DNA of 62,812 nt, the filler included, from Rhabdomonas costata (Eukaryota): NCBI GenBank assembly GCA_019059605.1. It is 41 parts of 41 records of this genome, joined end to end, with 100 filler letters (N's around TTAATTAATTAA, not from the genome) between each part and the next. Parts side by side here need not be neighbours in the genome. Positions count along the whole stretch, not along the records: positions 36,839 to 38,272 come from JAHMHO010016055.1; positions 38,373 to 39,806 come from JAHMHO010016056.1; positions 39,907 to 41,340 come from JAHMHO010016057.1; positions 41,441 to 42,875 come from JAHMHO010016058.1; positions 42,976 to 44,409 come from JAHMHO010016059.1; positions 44,510 to 45,943 come from JAHMHO010016060.1; positions 46,044 to 47,477 come from JAHMHO010016061.1; positions 47,578 to 49,011 come from JAHMHO010016062.1; 33 more parts are not named here. The stretch is one strand, 5' to 3'. Shown here in pieces: positions 36,884 to 49,206 of this stretch. The notes under the pieces were generated by a model that was not told the DNA's origin, made no database searches, and saw only the letters and a list, made by a program, of their open reading frames with translations. Each line of letters opens with the position of its first letter. Within the stretch, counting starts at the first letter, position 1. Made by a program: the position numbers and the translations under genes.

Positions 36884-38142
36884 AATATTATATCAAATAA
36901 TGATGTTTTCCCTGAATAATTTTCACCTACTATACCTATCACTGACCCTATTTCAATATCATCACAATACATATTTACATATTTATTTAAATCAAATATA
37001 TATTCTTTGTTTTGTCCATATGATAACATATTCACGAATTTGACTTTCTTTATTGTCCATTTACTTATTGATGTATTTGTATGTCTCTTTTTCTTTTTAT
37101 ATTCTACATCATTATTGAGTTCTTCCATTATTTCATTTGTTATTTTTTTAAATTTATCTATCATATGTGTGATATTTGTTTTCTCACAATACATTTCAAT
37201 TGTTTTCTCTATGTTGTCATATTTGTTTTCTTTTTTTTCAATTATTTTATTTATTATTCCTTTCCCTTTAATATATGATGTTATTTGTATATTATCTTTA
37301 TTATTCTCTTCATATTTCTTTATTTGTTCTTCTTGTTTTTTTTCCGTTATTAACCATCTAATTCTTGGATATTTTATGTCATATTTGGGATATATTTCCC
37401 CGTCTTTTATTGATAACGTTACATATCCATAATCATTTTTTATCTCAATAAATTTACTCTTTTTTGTTTTTATATTCCATTTTACAAATCCATGTTCTGT
37501 TATACTTTCACCGTGATTTTGTTGTATTAAACTGCCACTGTAACATATCGTTTTCTCTTCATTTAAATATTGATGTTTATGAACATCTCCTAGTAATACT
37601 AAATCATAATCTTTAAAATCTCCCACCGTTTTCGTCCCTGTTAATCTATTATTTGATTCTGTTTTTGATCCATCTACTATTCCATGATATAAACCTACAT
37701 TATATTTGTCTTGTATCGGTTTTGTTATCTTATCTGATGTCATTTTTGTTAAACAAAAATTTATATTCTTATATTCATAATATTCTTCGTTTATCAACAC
37801 CACATTATATGATTTATCTGTTAATATTGCTGTAATTGAATCTTCCTGATTATTCATGTTCATATCATGATTTCCTAATATCACAAATACTTTCATTATT
37901 TCTGATATTTGTTTTAAAAAATTACTTGTCATTTTTATTATTTGTGGATTTAATCTATTTTTATTATTTAATAAATCACCACATATTACCATTATATGTT
38001 CTTTCTTCTTATATTTTTGTATTTCCTCTTTTAAACTTGTATATAATCTTTCAAATACTGTTAAGTACTCTGTTTTTCGTTCATTATGTTCATCCAATCG
38101 GATATGTATATCCGCTATTTGATATATGAATCCAACTTCCAT
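36884..38142 (-). CDS. Mre11/SbcD nuclease-Rad50/SbcC ATPase fusion protein (giant-virus type), 3'-truncated
   Basis: Intronless ORF, about 20% GC by hand count of sample lines. Phosphoesterase motifs ADIHI, CGDLL, LGNHD, YHG, LGDVHK and YSGSLIQQNHGE, then the SMC/Rad50 head start WTIKKVKFVNMLSYG and Walker A GENYSGKTS. Confidence 0.95.
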
Positions 38143-38198
38143 TTGTAAATAATTTAGTGTTTTCTGTATTTATTTTTATTATATATATCTTTACAATT

Positions 38199-38206
38199 TC
38201 AATTTT
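38199..38206 (-). promoter_or_regulatory. AAAATTGA Mimiviridae-type early promoter motif
   Basis: Plus-strand tcaatttt is AAAATTGA on the coding strand, ~57 nt upstream of the ATG at 38142, followed by a TATATA-rich stretch. Confidence 0.75.
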
Positions 38207-39906
38207 TTTTATATCCTAATTTCATTAAGATCAAATATTTTATCTTAATGAAATTAGGATATAAAAAAAACANNNNNNNNNNNNNNNNNNNNNNNNNNNN
38301 NNNNNNNNNNNNNNNNTTAATTAATTAANNNNNNNNNNNNNNNNNNNNNNNNNNNNNNNNNNNNNNNNNNNNTGTGGTGGGTGGCTGGCACACCCCTACA
38401 CCCAGTCCGAGGCTTTCCACTGGCTCGCTGCCTTTGGCACCGCCACGGTTTTTGACTGCGTGGTGCTGCAAACTCTGAAGGTGTGCTTGTGTGGGGTTGT
38501 CCTTACCTACCTCTTGAACAGGAAGGATGCCAGATCTTTCTTTAGATGGGGTCCCGCGTGATTTTATGCAAGTAGGGTCAAGCCCGGACGTGCACCGTAG
38601 AACTCTTGATTTGAGCTCCTGCTGGGAGTAATTACCTTCAACAGAGGTCATTGCATGGCAACAAAGGTCATTGCATGGAACATACGCGGTCATGGTATTT
38701 GGTTGTGCAGCAGTGATGCTCGGCTAGCAGTGTTGTGTGCTGTACATGCGCTCTTCAGGTCCTGCTTCTGTTTGCCACCACCAGTGGCGTATAGATTTCG
38801 CTGGGTAGTCGCTAAATATGGATGTAGCACCTTTTTTCGCTCGCATATTGTACAGCCGTTCTCTTTCCCCAGTTTTGTTGTCTTTCGTGTTCTGTTTTGT
38901 GCGGCCCAGAAAAGGGGAAAGAGTTCGGATCAGGCCCGCTGAGAATCGGCCAACTTCTGCTTTCATGTCCGCTTGTGCTCTTGTTGTGTCCTTCATGTGT
39001 AATCATTAATGTGACGAAGTTTCACTCCTTTGGATTATCGTTCTTCCCTCTGTGTGCATCCATGCATGTCTCAGCTGTTTGTTTGTTTTGGCTGTTAGAA
39101 ATGGTTGCTACTCGGTGTGCCGGGGGCTTGGGTTCCCCACCCCCTGCCGTTTCCGAAGATTGATTTTTAGCCTTGGTTTGGGTTGGTGGATATCCGTGAA
39201 ATGGCTTCGGTACATTGGTCAGGACGGGGCGTTCTCTGTTTGGGACTCATTCGGCATTCAACTCTAGCTGGTGCAAAGAGAGTGCTTTTTATGTGGAAGC
39301 AGCAGGAGCGGGTATCAGGATATGAACGTGCGGTTTGAAAAAGTTTTCTGTGTTAACGGGTGCTTGGGCCTCTCGCTTCGGGGCCTTGGGCCTTCCCTTT
39401 AGGGACCGATCACGATCAATCTATGGTGGAGTGTGCCGCGGCCACGGGCTGGTGGAATCCCTCCGGAAAGCCAGTGTTTTTTGGGGTGCGCGGTTTTGCT
39501 TGGGTCAGGTGAATGGGCAGTTACATCCGCAGCGATGGAGGGATTGGAGGGACCTAGGCGCCCAAGAGCGCGGGGGCAAGAGCTTCACGCGGCGGGGCCC
39601 CGCCCGTAGGACCCGACTTCCCACTTCATCCCCTCTTTCTTTGTTCCCCTCACTCTCGTTTGGTTTCTGTTTGGCCAGAGGTATTTTTGGACTACTGGAA
39701 CATTGTTTTTTCCCTAAGCACCGTTTTTCCTCTCTCTCTCTCTCTCTCGCATTTTCTTCCCTGAACCATCTTGTGGGCCAAACCATGGCTGGACAACCCA
39801 CAAACCNNNNNNNNNNNNNNNNNNNNNNNNNNNNNNNNNNNNNNNNNNNNTTAATTAATTAANNNNNNNNNNNNNNNNNNNNNNNNNNNNNNNNNNNNNN
39901 NNNNNN

Positions 39907-41340
39907 TTTGTTTGGTCCACATATCATTGACGTAGTAGTGCCACCGTGCAACAGGTGTCATGCTGAACTCCACCAGGAAGCACGGCAGGACCAGCGTGGC
40001 GTCGAACAGCACAACGAACCCTCCCAAGTCCTTGGTTGTGGTGGTGAACTTGGGTCCCACCAGGGTCGCGCAGACGAAGAACCACTGTCCGCTGGCACAA
40101 AAGTTCAGCTGCGGGGTTCGGGCCACGTAGATGCCCACTCCATACGCACTGCCATTCTCCACTCGCACACCTGATTGATAGGTAGGATGGGTACAGTGGG
40201 AGTGAACTCGTTGAAAAGCATTCACTATCATTGTATCCCATGAAATGCAATCAGGATTCACAGCTTGGCGGGGGCCCACCGCAACAGTGAGGGTGCATCG
40301 TGCCGTGCATGAACGCTCGTCCCCCAATGAAGTCCTCGTCCTGTCGAAGCAGACGATGCCACCACATTGAAGTGTGCACCTCCGCGGATCATTGCCAATG
40401 GCGATGACGTGCCAGCGGTGTCCAGAATCGTCGACAAGGTTGGCGAGGGGAACTAAGTGACATGCGCCATTCTCAGCGGGTGCCCAAGTGCCCAAGTCAC
40501 TTCTTAATTTGATGCCATTGAGTAGCAGTTGATGAGTGCAAGAACCCGGGATTAAATGTGGCTGTATCAGCATACAATGCATTCATAACGATTCCACTCG
40601 AAGACAAAGTCATCCCATTACGTGAGGGGAAGTTCGTCCATTGAGCATCTGCTGGCAACAGAACTCTTGTTTTCACCTGCGGCATCCACCTCAGCAGAGA
40701 AGGAAGAGCAGGGGAGCCTGTCGCCGAAAAACAAAACAAGCAGTCACATTTTTGAGAGGATTTGACAGACCGGCACTATCTAACTTACAAGTGGTTGTTG
40801 TTTAGGTGAACCTGTCAGTACCCTTCGAAAACGCGTATCACTCACCTGGAAGGGTTCCAGGGACTGCAAGCCCGTGTTGGATGATCCCAGGAATGTTCGA
40901 CGCCCGTGTGCAGTGGAAGGTCATCACCGGGACACCCGCCCCCTTGAGCATCCTGCACACAGGGGGAACAACGAGCAGGGCCACCAGTGGGGCTCGGCCC
41001 TATCGATAGAAACCATGGCACAGATATTTGATGCTCCGCGTATCACATCATGAGACGACTTTCTTCTTCATGGCAATGGAGAGTATTTTTCTCGCTAAGT
41101 GCACGCACCACTTGGTCGTGAACCGCCGGCACAGCCCCTCGCCCATAATGTTCTGCACCCTGGAGAGGTACAACCCCTGCACCGTTAGGGCGCTGGAAAT
41201 CCTGCGCTCGAAGTCGGGCCAGAATTCCTCGGGGTTGAAGAGCCCCGGCGGCACCACCGCTCCTCTGGGCCTCGGCGGGACGTCCGGGGAGCTCTCCTCC
41301 TCCCGGGGCCGTCCATGCCTCGCGAGGCGCTCGCGCAGGA
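39907..41340 (-). CDS. PARP-family (ARTD) catalytic-domain protein, probable mono-ADP-ribosyltransferase, partial
   Basis: Exons 41340-41109, 40952-40846 and 40170-39907, all GT-AG and phase-compatible. They splice to ...CRRFTTKWMLKGAGVPVMTFHCTRASNIPGIIQHGLAVPGTLPGVRVENGSAYGVGIYVARTPQLNFC...FFVCATLVG...GGFVVLFDATLVLPCFLVEF. Confidence 0.9.
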
Positions 41341-41572
41341 NNNNNNNNNNNNNNNNNNNNNNNNNNNNNNNNNNNNNNNNNNNNTTAATTAATTAANNNN
41401 NNNNNNNNNNNNNNNNNNNNNNNNNNNNNNNNNNNNNNNNGGGGGTTGGGGTGAATTTCTTACTCTCGCAGAAAATATTTTTGGCGGATACAGTTGTCCG
41501 TAAGTCAAATCACCATCGACTGTCAACGCCGAGAATGTTGAAAGAGAATCTTTTCCCCCTGCTACACCTTTC

Positions 41573-41597
41573 ATTGATTGATTGATTGATTGATTGA
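41573..41597. repeat. (ATTG)n microsatellite
   Basis: Directly visible tandem attg units. Confidence 0.9.
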
Positions 41598-42975
41598 ATG
41601 TTTGAACTGAAAATCCCCCCTGTGGGATCAAGAGGCCTCCCAGCAATTTGCCGGTGAGTTTCTTTTTGGGTCGTCGTACCCTGCTTTTTTTGCTTTTATT
41701 TTGACCATCGATCCTGATGCAGTGTTGCGGTGATTTTTGTGGGCTGCAGGCGGCCAGGAGCCAGTTGCCGAGCCCCTTTCGGCGTGGGTGGTTCGTTGTA
41801 AAGTTCGTTGTGGGTGCTGTCTAAAACCTCCGCTGCGTGGAGCAAGAAGCGGCACAAAAGGGATACCACAGTGCCGCCCAAGGGCACCACAACCGGCCGA
41901 GGGTGAACGGACAGAAAATTCTGACCCCAAGGACCGGCCACGCAGCGTTTCGGGAGGCCTGCTGTACATACAAAACACCCCAGCTTGCTTAGCCCTCTCT
42001 GTTTGTGTTTACAACCATCGATACTTTCTTTTTTATTTTGATTTTGGTAAAGAACAACAGCGTGTAAGTTGTATTGGCTGTTTTGGTTCTTTTCCTTACT
42101 GCTCTCTCTTCTTCTTTCCACTGCATGTCACGGGCTCTTCCTCTTCCTGTTATTGTGTGAGTTGCTGTTTCCTCATTTCTCCGCTTCCTGCTAAATTTAC
42201 ATTCATTCCCTTGATGTACCTCATGAATTCAATGACCGGTTAAAATACATGCAACAGCAAAAGTGCTGGAGGGACGCGACATACAAGTGTGAATCGTGTA
42301 TTGAACTGGCTTTAGTTTAACGCGGTGCTGTTTCGTTTTACCAAGGGTATGACGGTATGTTTATGTCGTTTTGTTTTACAGCCCCCAATTCGATCCTTTG
42401 AAGATTGCCGGTATGCTTGCTTGCCACCGAGATGCGTGAAAATTAGCCTGAATGCCTGGGCGTGCACCAGCCTCTCAAAGTATCGCCTCAGATATCACTG
42501 GCAGAAATTCCCGAATCCACTACTCCATCAGTCTCTATTAGAAATGGGTTGGTTTCCCAAAATTGGCGTCTCACCCACTGCAAATCAACATCTGAATTTC
42601 GAGGATCATGAGTGAAAAGCTGAAGTTTAAATTCAGGAGAGAACCTTTCAGGATTTGCGTGCTTCCCCCCTTTTGGCTTCCTTCTCTTTCTGAAGCTCGG
42701 AAAGAAGTACCTGAAGTACCTGCTTGGCCACGAATTGTTTGTTTCTTTGCATTGCATTTTGCGCATGCATATCGTTACTCAAAGGTATCCCGTCACTTTC
42801 GGCTTTGGCACTGGATCACAGATTTCCCGTGCAAATTGTAGAAGAGCTGACCCGGAAGGGCATTAACAACCCCACNNNNNNNNNNNNNNNNNNNNNNNNN
42901 NNNNNNNNNNNNNNNNNNNTTAATTAATTAANNNNNNNNNNNNNNNNNNNNNNNNNNNNNNNNNNNNNNNNNNNN

Positions 42976-44409
42976 GTGTTGGGTGTGTGTGGTTGTTGTG
43001 TTCGCAGCTCCGACAGTATGTGCTGCGCTGCTATTGATAAGCTCCATTTGAGAAACGGGGAGGGAGACCTCTGACCGAGTTGAAGCCCTCTGCTGGCTCG
43101 CTTGCTGGACATTTAGGAATGCATCACTGGCGTCAGCGGTCGATAAGGCTGAGGTTTGAGATGGAAAATAATCTTCGAGTGTAGAGGTGCCCAGCATATC
43201 CGATGCAGCGGAGATTGCAGAAAGGTGAGAAACCCTGGAAGGCTCAGCGGTTGCTTGAGTGGTGTCGAAGTTCAGGGACGATGGAACACCCCTCGATTCA
43301 GGCATCTCTTCTCCTGAGTCGTGTCCGCCCGATGAGCTGAAGCAGAAACGAACAGGTCCACGCTCACCAACAGGATGATCCCCGGAACTCCGCGACGAAG
43401 AGTGAGTGTGCGCTTGCGTTTGCACGACCAAGGAGGGAAGGTCGGGACGGAAGGCAGTGATGGGCTGCGCCGAAGAAGATTTCAGCGGGCGCTCCTCATC
43501 ATCAACCATAGCCAAGCTGGGATCCTGGGCATAGCCTTCAGTGGTGGAAAGCAGCTGAGTTCGAGAAGAAGCACCGTCTGATGGCCTGAACCCTTGCGCG
43601 GCGATGGCGTCGGCTATGCTGGAAGCAGTAAATACTGTTCCGGTAGAAGAAACGGGTGCCTCCACTTGAGGGGGAGAGCATGCGGCAGATTTAACTGGAG
43701 CACCACTTCTCAAGCTAAAGTCTGGCGCAGCTCTGCGACCATTAGGGCTGGAACTTTCCGCTGGTCCCATCGATACGGCCATCGCCAGCTGACGATTTTC
43801 ACGTTCCAGAACTTCAATGTAAGCCTGGAGCTTCACATTCTCACATCTTAGTACAGCCGAGGACTCCGTTGCCTTACCTTTGGAATCCTCCAGAGCAGCA
43901 ATCTGACTCTTCAGGCTCTGGGTCACGGTTTGCAGGGCGATGCGTGCCTTTTCAGACTCCTCCGTGCGGAGGCGACGCTCCTCTTTCAACTTCTGGTGCG
44001 CGTACTGGTACTCACGGGAAAACTTTTGCGCCCGCTTCCGCTCCGCCTCAAGTTCAATCTCCAGCTCTCGGTTCGCTGCCCGTGCTGCGTTAAGTTTCTG
44101 CAGCTCTTCAGCAAGCACTCGACGAGCTTCCCCAAGATCACTCTCAGCCTTTTTCTTTCCCTTCTGCAGGGCATGGGTGAGCTTGTACTCCTCTTCGAGA
44201 AGGCGCCGCAGCTCAGTACACTCCAGCTCGAGCTTTTTCTTCGATTCCGGCAGCTCTGTTTTTCGAGCCAACGCACGACGCTTCGCAGCATCCGTCGAAA
44301 GCCCCTCACCTGCAGTGGTGGTGTTGACAGACATATTGAGGGGAGCCGTTTCAACCACAGAGTCGCGAGAAGGGCGCACAACACCGTCAGGTCGACGTCC
44401 CCCAAAACC
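42976..44409 (-). CDS. Long exon encoding a coiled-coil plus Ser-rich disordered protein, partial
   Basis: ORF of more than 460 codons spanning essentially the whole contig, with a heptad E/K/R/L-rich N-terminal half. Confidence 0.85.
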
Positions 44410-44771
44410 NNNNNNNNNNNNNNNNNNNNNNNNNNNNNNNNNNNNNNNNNNNNTTAATTAATTAANNNNNNNNNNNNNNNNNNNNNNNNNNNNNNNNNNN
44501 NNNNNNNNNTGTGTCTTTGTCGGGGTGTGCCCCTTCAACCGTGGCAAAGTTGTTCCACCTGCTCAGAGCTTGTGCAAAGAAGTGCTGTGAAAGTGGTGAG
44601 CAGCGATGCGGAGCCCTTCCCATACGGTCAGTTTCATTTCACCTGTGAGCTTTTCACGATACCTCGCGGTTTGGTCATGGTCCCTTTGAATTTGCGAGTC
44701 GGGCTCTTTCTTTGACGTGGATCCAGCTGCTGGACGGTTCTCAGGTGTTTCGGTGCTTCTGTCTGTCACAG

Positions 44772-45908
44772 CTTGGGGGCTTCTATGTGGCCCTGCAGGA
44801 CCAGGTGCTCGATGTTCACCGCGGCCTCTTCACCGCACTTGAGCAGCTCTGGAAGAGCCAGATTCGCTGGGACGAAAAGTACTGTCAGATGGGGGGGGGG
44901 GTGTTTTTCTCTTGGATACCGTTTTAAGCCCGTCCACGAGCTGACTGAAGCCGTTCGGGCCAGAGCGAAGTTTTTCCTGGTCTTTTGAGGGTAAAAAGTC
45001 GCCCTCCGCGCGAGTCTCCGCAGCAAAACTTCATCCATCTTCAATGTCAAAATAGCAATGTTCAATCACGAGGAGGTGCTGCCAAGCAGACGGGTGAGCT
45101 CATGGAGTGTTTTCCTTTGAACGGTGACTTCAACGCGGCTTCATCACTTTTCCTTCGTTTTTTTTCGCGTTGGGACGTGACTGGGATGATGATTGAGGTG
45201 ATGTCAGGGGAAGCAGCATACCAAACACACACACACAACAAAAAAGGCTGGTGAACCCTGCACTGGCTGAGGACGACTCTCCTCACTTGAGGGTCTCCAA
45301 GTACACGGCCAACACCCGCCTGCAGGGAATCCTCACGAAGGATGCGGAGATCCTGTCTACTCTGGCTTCTTGGCTGAAGTCCGGCGGGGTGTGCGAGTGC
45401 TCTCTCACCCAAACCTGCACGCGCACTCGTCGCTGCCTGTCCTGACTTCGACGGGCGCGGTGTAGTGGGTTTGTTATCCTTCGTCTTGCGCGAAAATTCT
45501 GCTCCGTGCGGCGGGGGATGCGAAATCTCCAACTGGTCCACCGAGCACCGCCTTTCCGGCAGTGGCCCTGATGTGTCAATAATTGATATTCATTTCTATC
45601 TCAGGGGACTGCATGCACCGGCAATGGCTTCGCATGCGGTTTCTAAAACTGTGGGCCTTCATTTGTGTTCCCAGGGAAATATTAACCCTCTTTCCAAGCC
45701 AAGCCGAACGAACAGGCCCGCGTTGCCATGGGGCCTCGTATCCGTATTCGCAAAACCGCGTTTTCGCAATTTTGCACACCCACACGGCTGAACATCTGCA
45801 CAGGGAGCTCAGCTGCGGCAACGTGGACGCACGCGCAGCGGCACAGGGGGCAGGCCCCCACGGAACAGCCACAGCGAGCTTCTGGCGCTGCTGTCCACCC
45901 CGGTGGAG
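44772..45908 (+). CDS. Three exons of a hypothetical protein
   Basis: Exons 44772-44878, 45247-45388 and 45804-45908, with phase-compatible GT-AG introns. Peptide LGGFYVALQDQVLDVHRGLFTALEQLWKSQIRWDEKLVNPALAEDDSPHLRVSKYTANTRLQGILTKDAEILSTLASWLKSGG... Confidence 0.6.
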
Positions 45909-47044
45909 GTGCGCACTCACCATCCGCCAGAACCCCCCCAACCNNNNNNNNNNNNNNNNNNNNNNNNNNNNNNNNNNNNNNNNNNNNTTAATTAATTAAN
46001 NNNNNNNNNNNNNNNNNNNNNNNNNNNNNNNNNNNNNNNNNNNGTGGTGGTGGTGTGCCGCCCCCCTGTCGCAGCGCCGGCACTCCGCGGCATCGAACAT
46101 CCCTGTGCTAGCCACGCCCCGCGAGGGTCTGCATCTGTACCGTAAAAGCAGGGCTGGTTTAAAACTGCAACTTAACGTAAGTTACACCCGGAAACTCAGA
46201 AAATGGTATGTGATGGTTTTCCATTCGAAGTCTTTTTTTAGCCTGTATCAATGCCGCCTGCTGCCTGCCGCGTATCAATGCTGTCTGGGGACACGTTATG
46301 TGATGAACCCCGAAAGTTTTTGATGATAAACCCAAAAAGGCGGTTAGATATGGGATGCTCTGAAGAGACTACTGCGGGAGGTGATTCCCTGATTGTGTTG
46401 ACCTTTTGAAGCGAATTGGAATTGTGGATTTTGTAACCGGCTGTTTGTTGAGAAGTTAGGTGAAGGTAGGGTTTAAACCCAGCCATGTGGTATGGTGCAG
46501 TTCCGAGTTTTACGGCGTAACGTACTTTGCAAAAAAAAATTCTTTGCATTTCAGCCCTTCCGAAAATTTGACTTGAAGTGCAATTTTTGCGTATTTTTGC
46601 ACTTTTTTGCATTGCATTTTTGGTCTCGCCCATTTGTATTTTTTCCCATGCCTTTACGACAGTTAAAAACTATGCTGGTGGGCTCGGCCGCCAGGCACTC
46701 CCCTGTATCGTTTTTGGGGCGCATGACTTTGAAAAGTCCTTGTGTTGTGGACTTCCCCTCAACCTTCCCGCGTCAGCCGCCCGTTCCGACCGCACCGCAA
46801 GCTGAACTTCGCCTGTAAACTAACTCATCTCTAGGGAACCGTTCATCGTCCTTCCCGGGCAAAGTCCGAAGTCAGCCCTCTAACACATTAGAAAAGGTTC
46901 CCCAAAAATACAAAACTTCCGTCTAACATCGTCAACACGCGCACACCGTCCAAAAAAATTCATCGGGCCGGTGCCACATTAAACTTTGTGTTTTTATGCA
47001 ACTGCGACTTGAAGTCACCTTTGGTTTTGGGATCTGCCCTTCAG

Positions 47045-47163
47045 AGATCCCGCGGTTTACTCCAGACCAGGCCGAGAGGGTGCACAAGCTGACCTATGAC
47101 GCCCACACCCACGCCTGGGCTCAGGCCGAGGCCACGGTGTACATCGACCCCCAGCCTTTCCAG
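47045..47163 (+). CDS. Alpha-kinase (eEF2K/MHCK family) N-terminal catalytic-domain exon
   Basis: AERVHKLTYDAHTHAWAQAEATVYIDPQPFQ matches the alpha-kinase lead-in E-x-x-x-x-x-x-YD-x-x-T-x-x-W...V-x-I-x-x-x-PF that precedes GxxRxA. Acceptor ttcag|a. Similarity ends at cag|gcacaa. Confidence 0.75.
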
Positions 47164-48015
47164 GCACAATGCGCTCTCTCCCCCGCTACTCCATACCTTC
47201 TGTGTGCAACTGTTGTCTTGTCATCTCAGGTGGTAGCCGGTACAGCTCCCGCGTTCCCAACCGAGCCGACATTTCAGAAGAATTGCAGCAGGGTTGGGGA
47301 AATACCTGTAAAATTTGCATTTTAGACCCTTGAATTGCACTTTTTTGCCCCGCATGTTTTTGTTTTTACCCCAAGTAGCATTTTCTTCCTTTTGGAGCTG
47401 ATGTATGGGTCCCCACCGCTGATACCGCGAGCGTCTGCTGCTGAAGGAGAAAACCTTCTAAACGGTCACACACACACNNNNNNNNNNNNNNNNNNNNNNN
47501 NNNNNNNNNNNNNNNNNNNNNTTAATTAATTAANNNNNNNNNNNNNNNNNNNNNNNNNNNNNNNNNNNNNNNNNNNNAACGATTACACTCAGTAATGCCC
47601 AATAGAACAGGAAGGATAATAAAAATCAAGTAAACAAAAAAGGTGTGAAAGGTTATCTTCGTGGTGTTTAAATCCAAGAGTGTTCTATGCCACGCTTCGC
47701 CAGGAATGCAACTTTGGTATCAGGGGAACGGTGGCGTCCGTTAATCTGTTGCTCTGATATGTGTACGATTGCAACCAGGTACCCACCGAAAGCCCACTAT
47801 TGTTATAGTTCAGCAACTCAGCAAACATATGGAATTAAGGAGAAGTATACAACCCACAAACCGATAATTAAAAAAGGGCTATTTAATCTGACATCATCCT
47901 GTAAGTTGTCGCATGACCATGCAAAGGGTAGTAGACCCCATGCTACGATTACAGGTGGGGACCCATACCCTATAATATCGCAGTCGAAGCCAAACAAGGA
48001 AACAGCACGCCTAAC

Positions 48016-48102
48016 CTCACTGCTCGCCTCCGGGTGACGCAGAACTTCCGAGTAGCATTGAACAGCAGCGGCATATTGCTCTTCACGGAACAAGGAATTT
48101 CC
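48016..48102 (-). CDS. TPR repeat exon
   Basis: GNSLFREEQYAAAVQCYSEVLRHP fits the co-chaperone-type TPR consensus GNxxFxxxxYxxAxxxYSxAL. Phase-0 cag|...|gttagg boundaries. Confidence 0.8.
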
Positions 48103-49111
48103 CTGCGTGCACACAGAAGCCCATACAGCATACCCTCACTGGCTCATTTGGCTCCTGACCAGGCAAAATCGCAGAGTGCATCCAAACAAACGGGGATAAA
48201 AGAAAGAAAGACACAATGAGCTTGGCAAAAGAAAAGGGAGTGTTCCCGCGACTTCTCCAACTTGCCCCTTTAGCCCAGTCAAGCTCCCCTCACTCTTGTC
48301 TTGACAGCAGTTCCAAGAAAGGCACTGTCACTGAAGCAGGAGATCTCTCACACACCTGCCCTGCCACGGCTCATTCTCTCAGCCAAAAACCAGGATCATA
48401 ACCCTGACACAACCCCAAAAGCGCAGAAACAACCACAACTCGCAAACACCTTCTCACGCAAGGTCGCAGGGGGTTCTTGCCGCTCTTCCATTGAATTGAA
48501 AGCAGCGCAGAAATAAGGGAAAGCTTATCCTTGACAGAAAAAGTCAAACGACAGAGTCACAGGACGGAAAACTTGCCCCGCTCCAACCCGAAAGGAGAAT
48601 AGAATCTCCATCCTAGTGTTCGGGAAGAGACCCGAAATACAACCAACCACGGGCTGTTGCGTGAGCGAGCGCATAAGTGAAGTAATATCTGAAGCTATTG
48701 TTCCTGTAACCTCACCATTATGTACCAACACGGTAACTCACCATTATGAAACAGGGTTCTACTAAGTGTTTCGAAACATTGATCTGCAGACGTCGAAGTA
48801 AAAACGAAGCTGGTTAGATTCCAACCATCGCACTGCGATCACACCATGCAAAGGCTCCTCTACAGCAGCACGTTTTTCAAAAGAAGAACCCAATCCAAAC
48901 AACACGAAACAGTAAGCATGCACAATGTACAATGTCAATGTCCTATACAGTGTCCACAACAGTGACTCACGAGGGGCAGTCCTGCCCCCATCCCTTTCAC
49001 CTCCGCCTTGTNNNNNNNNNNNNNNNNNNNNNNNNNNNNNNNNNNNNNNNNNNNNTTAATTAATTAANNNNNNNNNNNNNNNNNNNNNNNNNNNNNNNNN
49101 NNNNNNNNNNN

Positions 49112-49206
49112 TTCTCGTTGAATGGGAGTGTGGGGTACTTCCCGTACATCCGAGGGTTTGTGGGGTGGAGGCACGTTGCGATGACGGTGGCGGACGGGGA
49201 CATCCG
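49112..49206 (+). CDS. Possible LamG/concanavalin-like domain exon fragment
   Basis: GFVGWRHVAMTVADGDIR resembles the LamG W-x-H-V-A-x-T motif. Short and truncated. Confidence 0.4.

Noticed and set aside
37007-38129. Plus-strand Phe/Ile/Leu-rich ORFs
   Set aside because: Antisense shadows of the Mre11-Rad50 gene.
30700-41340. Apparent defence island of ART, kinase, Mre11-Rad50 and PARP
   Set aside because: Each gene lies on a separate unlinked contig, so the adjacency is artificial.
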